Source: Azolla caroliniana
Taxonomy: Eukaryota > Plantae > Polypodiophyta
Length of the DNA stretch: 30,296 bases
Direction of reading: 5' to 3'
Assembly: GCA_043228905.1 (NCBI GenBank)
Contig: JBHGNT010000376.1
Span: 1-30,296, forward strand
Below are positions 11,001-20,049 of the stretch, piece after piece. The notes beneath the pieces were generated by a model. That model was not told the origin of the DNA, did no database searches, and was given only the letters and a program-made list of their open reading frames with translations. Positions within the stretch are counted from its first letter, which is position 1. Each line of letters begins with the position of its first letter. A program made the translations under genes and the position numbers.

Positions 11001-12081
11001 GTTCGACTCCTTCATGACCGATCAAGGGTACCACAAGACGCAGGCCGATCACTGTGTGTTTGTGAAGAAGTTTGGACGAGACGACTTCCTGATACTCCTT
11101 CTATACGTGGATGACATGTTGATCGTCGGACGGGACCAAGCCAAAATACGGATGCTCAAGAAGGCTCTCAATCAAACCTTCGCAATGAAAGACTTGGGTC
11201 CGGCAAGACAGATGTTGGGGATGCATATCATCCGGAACCGACCAACGAAGCAGTTGTGGCTATCACAGGAGAAATACATGACAAAGGTGCTTCAGCGGTT
11301 CAACATGTCAGATGTGAAACCAGTCGGATCGACACTTCCGGCAAACTGCAGGTTATCTGATAAGCAAAGCCCGAAGACGAAAGCATAGAAGGCGGATATG
11401 ATGAAGGTTCCATATGCCTCTGTTGTCAGGAGCTTAATGTACGCAATGGTGTGTACTCGACCGGATATTGGATACGCAGTCGGAGTGGTGAGCCGGTTCA
11501 TGAGCAATCTCGGCAAGGAGCACTGGAACGCGGTCAAATGGATACTCCGGTACTTGAAGGGCACTTCAAATATGTGTCTCTGATTCGGCTCCGAAAAACC
11601 TCAACTTGACGGTTTTACCGATTCGGACATGTCGGCTAATGTGGATACCAGCCGGTCTACATCCGGGTATGTAATGACATATGCAAGTGGAGCTGTTTCG
11701 TGGCAGTCGAGCTTGCAGAAGACGGTTGCGTTGTCAACCACGGAAGCGGAGTACATGGCGGCTGTGGAAGCCGGCAAGGAAATACTATGGATGAAGGACT
11801 TCATCGGAGAGCCCGGTATCCGGCAAGATGAATATCGACTCTATTGCGACAGTCAAAGTGCCATCCACCTTGCTAAGAATGCAGCCTACCATTCCTGGAC
11901 GAAGCATATCCAGCGTAGGTATCACTGGATCCGGGAAAGAGTAGAAGATCGAGAGTTTGCGCTGATGAAGATCCACACGACCGAGAATGGGTCAGATATG
12001 CTGACCAAAGTGTTGATACCTGACAAGTTGGATGCATGTCGAAAGCGGATCGGACTAGTAAGACATCCCATGCCGGAGTGA
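8037..12081 (+). pseudogene. Copia gag-pol polyprotein pseudogene
   Basis: Gag KLTGSNYSVWKSKMRDML and LLSSLPDSWETLV; zinc knuckle CFYCGK..HFQKNC; protease WVVNSGASFH (D>N); integrase LELVHTDVC, VTFIDDHSR, RADNGGEY; RT YVDDML; RNase H SRSTSGY, ALSTTEAEY, CDSQSAI, SDMLTK. It has about 8 in-frame stops and about 3 frameshifts. Confidence 0.95.
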
Positions 12082-12089
12082 AGGGGGAG
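12080..12089 (+). promoter_or_regulatory. Polypurine tract
   Basis: GAAGGGGGAG 2 nt before the 3' LTR. Confidence 0.9.
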
Positions 12090-12091
12090 TT

Positions 12092-12429
12092 TGTTGGGAG
12101 ACAGGTCCCTCCGGATGGTGAAGACCCGGTGAGAACCGGATGTGGAGTACCCGGCAACGGAAGACCCGGTGAGAACCGGATGAGGAGTACCCGGAAACGG
12201 AAGACCCAGTGAGAACCGGATGACGAGTGCCCGGCAAGCACCGGATGATGCAAGCCCGGTGAGGAATGCTCACCGGATGAAGGGACATATTCATAAATAT
12301 GTTTTTGAGAGTCAATCGGGGCTATATTTGTAAATAGCCGAAAAGTCATTTTAGTATAAATATGACTTAGGGCAAACTTAGTGCAGAGGTTGCCATTGTC
12401 GTTGTCGCGATTGTGAGAGAGCAACCGTG

Positions 12430-12476
<47 letters not shown>

Positions 12477-12768
12477 GAAGAGTTTGTATCTCTATTGTAA
12501 CCGCCGCCTGTGGCGAAGACAGTGAACAAGAGGTCGTCGCCTCTGCGTTCATCTATTGTATATTGTTACATAGTGATAGTTAGCAGTCAAGGGACTGTCG
12601 TGGTTTTTTCCCTAGTTTGGGTTTTTCCACGTAAACATCTTGTGTACTCTTCTCTCCATTGTGTCGTGCATTCATTCCCGTTTTTCTGTGTTTGATTCTA
12701 AGCTTGGTTGTGGCCGAGCGTTGTACTCTTCGGTTGTAGCCGGAGACTATTCCACGTATTTTCTTACA
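12092..12768 (+). repeat. 3' LTR (677 bp)
   Basis: About 32 substitutions against the 5' LTR by manual count, plus a 10-nt longer (AG)n and a 1-bp indel. Confidence 0.97.
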
Positions 12769-13791
12769 AGATCACACATGCTTACCTAATAAGAGCCACA
12801 ACCACACTAACATAGGATCAACATAAGTCAAGCCTCCTTAATAATAAGGTTGGGATCCTTCTTATATAAGTAGAAACCCTAGGCCCTAATGTGTTCACAT
12901 TTACCTACTTTATCTCGAGTTATCAAGTGGTAACACACATAATAGTTATCTCACAATAGAATTGAATATTACAATTCATACCCTCACTCCTTTTAGAATT
13001 AACCCCATGTACTCATCATAAGATTAAGGAAAACTTTGAAAACCCATCTCATGATAAGTTATAGTTATGCACATAACATACTCCCCCACTTTAAAAGTTC
13101 AACATGATAAGAGGTAGATCAGAATTTAACTCTCTCAATATCATAAAAACATTTATTCAAATATGATAAGACCTCATAATGTGTTTTTAGTTAACACTAA
13201 TGGTGTAAATGTGATGAGGCCATAAGCAGCAATTAGAGTTTATTTGGGTATTTTAATGTGTCCCTAATGTGTTTAGATATAAATATGTGTGATTTTACGT
13301 GTAAGAGTAAGTGTGTGAATGTGTGTATGTTTGCATATAAATATATATTGAATTTGTAAATTTGTAGTTTGGGTATGGGAGGCTTAAAAGGTGTGAAGCC
13401 TAGGCTCAGATAATTAAAGTTTACCTTGGCCAAGATTCAAGTAGCCAAATTGGCTTGTGTAACATAGGCAACGAGGAGACCCAACATTGACCTCTACATC
13501 AAGCAACACGTGGTGTTACAACTCTTCATAATGTGCAACAACTTTGCTCGCACAACGAAGAGCTCAACACAACATTCATTAGCTTTACAAGATAGAACTC
13601 ATCATGGTGAGCGCCACTCACCAAAATTCAATGAGTTTTGTCATTTAGAGTTGCCTACAATGGAACTCTAGCATCTACAAATTATAAATTCACTTGTTAT
13701 AGAGCCAAAAACTTGGTTGTGAGGGTCAATAGGTTTGACAAAACACTCATGTATTCTTATTCATTCATTGTCACTAATACTCACTATAAAT

Positions 13792-14836
13792 TGATAGGTG
13801 CTGGCCTAACTCGCAATAGTTGGAAGGATAAAGGCATTTCTAATGACTGGAAGGCAAATCATTGGCTCTAAATTGATGGGTGCTGGCCTAACTCGCAATA
13901 GTTGGAAGGATAAAGGCATTTCTGATGACTGGTTGAAGTCGTTTTGGAGGAGGCTATGGGCGTTCGATATGCCAGAAAAAATAAAGCTTTGGTTGTGGCT
14001 TCTTAGTCACAAAGCGGTGCCGGTGGGGGAGTGGCTTAGGTGTCGTGGTGGTGAGGCTGGATGCAAAAGTTGTGGACACCCTTTGGAATCAATTCCTCAT
14101 TGTTTTTGGAATTGCAGCGAGGCTATTAACATTTGGGGTAGAAGTCTCAGGATAGTGGCAGCATGCGGAGTGAATGGGAGAGTTGTATGGGGGTCCGTAC
14201 AAGGGCTGAAGTTAACAGGGGAAGGTTGGCTTGAACAGTTAAACCCCCACGGACATGGTTTTATAGTGCAGGATGGCAAGGTGTTTCAACGAGCTGGAGT
14301 TCGACATGGCACTAACTCAGAATTTTTTGAAGAGATATGGATGATGGTGTCTTGTTTATCGGTCTGGCACATTTGGACCAACCGTTGTAAATTTGTTTTT
14401 CAACAACAAAAGATCCCTAGCGGTGAGGTATTATTAAATATCTGGTTTGAGTTGGTATCTTGGCTGCGGGGACGATACAACTCAATTAAGGGGGAATCTG
14501 ATGCAGCTGAAAGATCTCGATCAAAGTTCTTGCTAAAATGGGGTAATTCTCCTATGGTGGGCAGATCATCATCAGGGCCTCAATGGAACTACCAAGCACC
14601 CCGATGGCTGTTTCCAGTTTCCAACAGCGTCTAAGTGCTGTAAATCTGTATAGATATGGTACAAATTATTAGGTTATTGGAGTTGTTTGGATACGTTTGT
14701 TGAAAATGAGGTGGGGACTATGTCCACTTTGGTGGGAAGGCCAGAGTGAGGGCTGGTGAGAAGAACTTTGGGTGTTCTATGATGTAATTTTGTTTGCTAA
14801 CTAATGCGAAGTAGTGTTTTTTTGGGAAAAAAAAAA
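13792..14836 (+). mobile_element. 5'-truncated L1-clade LINE insertion
   Basis: Perfect 16-bp TSD AATACTCACTATAAAT (13776-13791, 14837-14852), poly(A) tail, and an ORF2 C-terminus. Confidence 0.93.
13843..14634 (+). pseudogene. LINE ORF2 C-terminal fragment with zf-RVT (CCHC) domain
   Basis: FWRRLWAFDMPEKIKLWLWLLSHKAVPVGEWL...CKSCGHPLESIPHCFWNC...IW and VWHIWTNRCKFVF. The frame is intact but RT and endonuclease are missing. Confidence 0.9.
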
Positions 14837-15195
14837 AATACTCACTATAAATAATGGAACACTTGGTAAAATTCCCTTGAAAGAAAAAAAGAGTCATGAA
14901 TCAAATTATCAATGCCAAAGCCAAAAACAATATATGAATTTGAAAATGAATAAAAAGGATATTTTATATTTGATATAAAATAAGAATAAGAACAGAAGTA
15001 GAAGAATGATTTCAATTGAAGAAGTGTATTGAATGAGAATGGGTTAACATTAAGATACCCCTATATATAGTACTTGTAATCCAATAGATCTCCCCTATAT
15101 ATATATATAGTACCTCTAATCCCAATGCATGCTTGCCACTTGGTGACCATGCATTGGTTTCAAAGGAGGTGCTACCAACACCTATAATGCATAAT

Positions 15196-15754
15196 GTTAG
15201 AATATGTACTATAAATATTATAAATGTATTATATAGATTATAGCTTCTTGGCTAAGGTTCATGATGTATATGGAGGGGGTCATGGATTTAAGTCCTTAGC
15301 AAAATGTATGACATTTGGTATGATTATATGATAACGCTTGTTATGGAACCACAAGAATTTAGGGTTCTTGAAAAATCCCAAAACTATGTCTATTTGTTGT
15401 TTTCAACTTTGGGAGATCCCACTTCAAACCTGCATTCTTAACTTCGAGTGTTATTAAGAACTTCCCAGTGTCCACTGTTACTAGTTAGAATATGTATTAT
15501 AAATATTATAAATGTATTGTATAGATTATAGCTTATTGGATAAGGTTCATGATGTATATGGAGGGCATCATTGATTGAAGTCCTTAGCAAAGATATTTGG
15601 TATGATTATGATAACGCTTATTATGGAACCACAAGAATTTAGTTTCAAAAATCCCCCAAAACTATGTCTATTTGTTGTTTTCAACTTTGGGAGATCCCAC
15701 TTCAAACGCGCATTCTTAACTTTGAGTGTTATTAAGAACTTCCCAATGTCTACT
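15196..15754 (+). repeat. Tandem duplication of a ~280-bp unit (15196-15476, 15484-15754) with degenerate A-box/B-box-like motifs
   Basis: Both copies run GTTAGAATATGTA...TTAAGAACTTCCCA.TGTC.ACT. Each contains TAGCTT(C/A)TTGG and, ~45 nt later, GATT(T/G)AAGTCC. Confidence 0.9.
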
Positions 15755-15755
15755 C

Positions 15756-16115
15756 CGACGACTTGGTCACTGGTCGCTTACGCTTTTGGCAAAAACGGAG
15801 GAACGCGCCGATGGTGATGCAAGGAGGACACGGCCCAAGGTGGAACTACCAACCCCCATGCAGGTTGTTTCCTACTCACCTCCCACCCTCCCTCCGTTGT
15901 AGGCTAGAGGATCAGGCTCATGCTGGTCGGCGATGATTACAACTAGTTTATAGCTCTAGATACCTACTTACATCAAGTAGAAAGTAAGATAGGATATGTA
16001 TGTAGTCTCATATTCTTGAACTCAGTCGAGGGGTGATTCCCCGTTTTCTTGTATAGTGTTTCTGTAAAAATCTCTCCTAACTAATAGGAAAGTAGCTCTT
16101 TTTTGGGGAAAAAAA
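15756..16115 (+). mobile_element. Second, severely 5'-truncated L1-type LINE (a different family)
   Basis: 20-bp TSD GAACTTCCC(AA/GG)TGTCTACTC (15736-15755, 16117-16136). It encodes RFWQKRRNAPMV..GPRWNYQPPCRLFP, homologous to KFLLKWGNSPMV..GPQWNYQAPRWLFP of the first LINE, and has the same 3' motif plus an A tail. Confidence 0.85.
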
Positions 16116-16164
16116 GGAACTTCCCGGTGTCTACTCAACGCATTATGTGTTTGCCATCGTTAAA

Positions 16165-16238
16165 TTGTGGGTTTTCACCTTACATAGCGGTTTCCCACTA
16201 AAACTAATGAGAAGTAGCTTCTTTTTGGGAAAAAAAAA
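16165..16238 (+). mobile_element. Third LINE/SINE 3' tail
   Basis: AAACTAATGAGAAGTAGCTTCTTTTTGGG(A)9 matches the 3' ends at 14797-14838 and 16077-16115. No clear TSD, and the 5' boundary is uncertain. Confidence 0.6.
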
Positions 16239-18989
16239 TATTAAGTCTTAGAAAAAAATAGTACTTCTTGAACATAATTTCGCTTTGTGTGACTATGTGA
16301 CACCATGAATGGAGTAGAATAATATGCATTTAAGTCAAGGAGAGTTATGAGAGAGGTGGCATTCAATACACATCTCCCATTTGTATAAAAGGTTTTTGTA
16401 ATACAGATAAATGCAAACACGAATTCTGAGCTAAAAATCATTATATCCATTTTACTATGTCCACCTTTGTAATTCAATTATTACTCTCTACCAATTATTA
16501 AGTTCTCAACTCTCATTATCTTATCTATTAAGGTAATTGTGCATAAGCTATTCGTTGTCTCTTAGGGAGAACAACATTGTTGAGGTATATTTTCTAATCA
16601 TAATCTTCTAAGTGTAATTGTCTCTTCTTAAGCAAGCAAATAAGTGTATGTTATTGTTCTAACTTCCATTAATAAAGAAGTAGTCCTATGAATTCCAATT
16701 TGATACTCATGGTACACACCAACGGCATCTATCATAAGTTTATTGGAGGTCAATCTTGCTTGGTGTCGGAGGCATCTCTTGCATAACACATTAGCTTACA
16801 CGTATGATGGTGGTGTTGAATGGTTGACACGTGATGACAATGGTGGGCAATTAGGTTGTGTTTGGTGATTGATTTAAAACTCTACCATGTTTGGAATGGG
16901 GCACACTCTTCCTATATATAGATTGAGGATGTCAACTGCATATTTATTACATGCCCACTTCTACAACCACTGGGATTGTTATATCCTAACTTTGGTTATC
17001 ATTAATTAGGAAAACTTTGTCACCCTTTCAATTGGGTTTTGCACACAGTGGCAAAGTTGTATCCTTTTTATTGTATAAGGTAGTGTTTGATGGCCTCAAA
17101 TATTAGGATCTATGATATTCTTAAAATATGAGAAATGTGTTTATTTTTTGTGATCTCCATGAAGTACCACAACATATATACTTACGGGTTGAAAAAGATA
17201 TGGCAGTTTAGGCGTGGGAGATTTACAAGTACCTTGTTCTTTGGCAAGTTGTCTTTACATTACCTTGTCGTACAACACATTAGAGGGTTTTACCTTCACA
17301 TGGGGAAGACATAGTTGGATACAAAAATAATAGATAGATCATAGGAGGAAAAGTGGTAGAGAGAAGAATGTTGAGATAATGATGAAAAAGTAAATGATGT
17401 CTATGGGTTGGGTGCAACGAGCTCAGAATGCCATGCCACTACCAGATTGCGACCCCAACAAATAATTGTTGTCCATTGTTAGTTGCTTACTTTTAAAAAA
17501 ATTAAGCAAATGCATGGCCCATTCGTCCACTAAAACAACCTTTTACATGTACTTTATTTTTCACTCATTGTCATGTGTGTTCGACTTATGCTACATCTTT
17601 AATCCTTACTTTCCAAATCCCCTCGAAAATCCAAATTTCAGTCATGGAATACACTTGCAAATTCTCAATGCCTACTCATGCCTTTCATTCACACTTTTCT
17701 CCTTATTTCTTCAAAAACAAGGATGATTAAAAATTGACAACCTACACTCTTTGTTGCCCTACGTTTTTTAACAATTTACACTAACAAGATAATGAGGTTC
17801 AATATAACATTTCTTTTTGTCCGTATGAAATAGATACTCGTATATACATTCCCAAAAGGAGGTATTGATATTATTAAGAATTTCAACTGTTATCTCCCTC
17901 ATACTCGTACATACGTTATGCTAAATTGTTGAGGGAAGGAATTAATCACAAATACTATTTCCTATGAAAGCTAACGGGAACATCGAAGAGCCAGGTCAAT
18001 CGATTATCTATGAGGTTTGTCCTACATAGAACACAACATCCAATGTGCAATTTCACTGTGTTTTATGGCTTGGGCTAGCTTTTGCTCACTTATAAGCACA
18101 TAGAGAGTGTCTACAAGAAAACCACAATCACGTGATGAAATATACAAGTTCTTATCTACATCAATACACATACTTGTGGGTGTGGTTATGATTTGAAATA
18201 AAGCAAGTGTAGTGATACACTATCCATCATGGATCGTATGGAAGATTCATGATATTTGAGTAAGGTCAATGGAGCACCTTTCTATGCTCCTCCCAATGCC
18301 ACCATGTTGAATTCATGTTTGTCATGGAAGAGGGATTTGGTCATAATGTGTACTTTAAGAACACAAAGATGCCCCAAAAGTGCATCTTATAGAGTACGGA
18401 CGTTAGGTCATTGGAATCACATATGCACATATGATCACAGGTGGATACACACCGGGGTTGAACCTCTTTTTTAAAATGTAAGAGAATGAAATGACAAATG
18501 GTCAATTATTATCGAGGTGAAGAACTGCAAACAATTAATTAGTTGGTTGTGTAAGTGTCGTGAGGTTATAACACATACAATAACTTAAAAAAACACAAGC
18601 ATTGCAAGCACTGTCACGGTGGCACAGTGGACAAGTAGAAAAGTGTAGATCGATTCGAGAAAGTGGTGACGGTTAGAAACAGTGTCTGAGCAAGCCCATG
18701 CCCCTGTTGAAACGTGAGGGCATCCGAACGCATGAGTGTGTGTCTAATGACTCGACTCTCTATAAGAACATCTGTACATATATGATCATAAATGTTTTTA
18801 ACCCTTGACTTTCATGGCGGTGTCCTAAGTCCTTCTCTGTGTGTGTATGTCTCTCTCTCTCTCTCTCTCTCTTTGTGTGATTTGTATATACATATTACAT
18901 ATGCCACATGTATTGTTATGTTAATTATTTGATATTATGATGTACTCTCACAGAGATTCCTTTCTACTTCACCAAAAAAGAACACAGAA

Positions 18990-19460
18990 ATACACACACA
19001 CACACTCTCTCTCTCTCTCTCTCTCTCTCACTGTACGCACACACACACTCACACCTTCTCTCTGCGTACACACACAATCTCTCTCTGCACACACACACAC
19101 ATTCTCTCTCTACACACACACACACACATATCGTACCTTCTCTCTCTCTGCACACATGTACATTCTCTCTCTCTGCACACACACACACACAATCTCTCTC
19201 TGCACACACACACACACACACTCTCTCTCTCACTGTACGCACACACACACTCACACCTTCTCTCTGCGTACACACACGCGCACACACACACACAATCTCT
19301 CTCTGCACACACACACACATTCTCTCTCTACACACAGACACACACATCTCGTACCTTCTCTCTCTCTGCACACATGTACATTCTCTCTCTCTGCACACAC
19401 ACACACAATCTCTCTCTGCACACACACACACACACACTCTCTCTCTCTCTCTCTCTCTCT
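18990..19460. repeat. Compound (CT)n/(CA)n microsatellite array with a ~202-bp higher-order duplication
   Basis: The unique marks CACTGTACGC, CTGCGTACAC, TCGTACCTTC and CACATGTACA each occur twice in the same order (copies start at 19029 and 19231). Confidence 0.92.
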
Positions 19461-19549
19461 TGCTTTCTTTCTTTCTTTCTGCACACACCTACTCTATTTC
19501 ATACACCCCCCTCCATCCCTCCCTCCCTCGCTCTCTCTTTCCTTCACGC

Positions 19550-19933
19550 AGACAGACGTGGAGAGAAGGAGAGAGAGAGAGAGCGAGCTTGGCATTGATT
19601 CGGAATGAATTTGAACAAAGACGTTGGTGCGCACAAGAACATGGTTCTCTTCTCTCTTTCCTTACCCTTCGATCTCGACGTTTCATCACTTGTAAGTCTC
19701 TCTCTCTCTCTCTCTCAAATGAGTTCCTGAATTCGAATCTATCTATCTATCGAATATATCGCCATCGCTAAGCTTTAACCTTCAACGTTTCGTTTATTTC
19801 ACGTTTCCTTCTTCGTCTGCTTCATCATCATCATCATCATCATCATCTTCTTCTTCTTCTTCTTCTTCTTTGTGATTTGGTTCTAATTAATCAGTGGAGA
19901 GAAAATGGCGGAATTAGTGGCCCGTTAAAGAAG
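19550..19933 (+). other. Putative 5'UTR exons of the hydrolase gene (exon 1 ending at 19691; 39-nt exon 19895-19933)
   Basis: Donor CTT|GTAAGT at 19692, acceptor TAATCAG| at 19894, donor AAG|GTCGCT at 19934; CT/GA-rich context typical of plant gene 5' ends. The transcription start is a guess. Confidence 0.45.
19821..19870. repeat. (TCA)n-(TTC)n compound microsatellite; a (CT)n tract also lies at ~20012-20047
   Basis: Read directly from the sequence. Confidence 0.95.
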
Positions 19934-20008
19934 GTCGCTCCATGACTGTCTTGTTTTTCCAATTGGAAAGAGGGAAACCAGAGTCGGTTTTGTTTCTGTT
20001 CTTCTTGT

Positions 20009-20049
<41 letters not shown>

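Larger units (their letters stand above)
7338..12768 (+). mobile_element. Full-length (5431 bp) Ty1/copia LTR retrotransposon, Tnt1/Tork-like, pseudogenised
   Basis: Two LTRs TGTTGGG...CTTACA, TSD AGATC (7333-7337, 12769-12773), PBS, PPT, and gag-PR-INT-RT-RH order. RT FDEIFAPVVKMTSIRTVLSIAASMDLEVEQLDVKTAFLHGDLEEEIYM closely resembles Tnt1. Confidence 0.97.
7141..13078 (-). mobile_element. Minus-strand gypsy 3' LTR (~500 bp; halves 7141-7337 and 12774-13078) split by the copia insertion, with PPT at 13081-13092
   Basis: The minus strand reads AAAGTGGGGGAG-TA-TGTTATG, the same PPT/LTR junction as 5837-5858. Blocks align to the reverse complement of 5852-6327, e.g. GAGGGGTATTAAACCACCTACCCACCCCCTAG vs AAAGGGTGTTGATCCACCCGACCACCCCCAAG. 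Confidence 0.7.

Noticed and set aside
11873-12529. 218-aa antisense ORF and similar ORFs in the LTRs
   Set aside because: Produced by LTR tandem repeats and (AG)n; not conserved between the two LTR copies.
15239-15270. Resemblance to the U2 snRNA 5' end (TTGGCTAAG)
   Set aside because: Only ~9 nt match, absent from the duplicate copy, and no GTAGTA branch-pairing or Sm site.
17960-18060. Minus-strand CVLC...WLFDVP reminiscent of a LINE zinc finger
   Set aside because: Too degenerate; no His, TSD or tail to support it.
18610-18660. A-box-like TGGCACAGTGG with GATTCGAGA downstream
   Set aside because: Spacing is too short for a tRNA-type promoter and the B box is poor.
18937-19771. His/Thr- and Cys/Val-rich ORFs up to 223 aa
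   Set aside because: Translations of CA/CT microsatellite, not genes.
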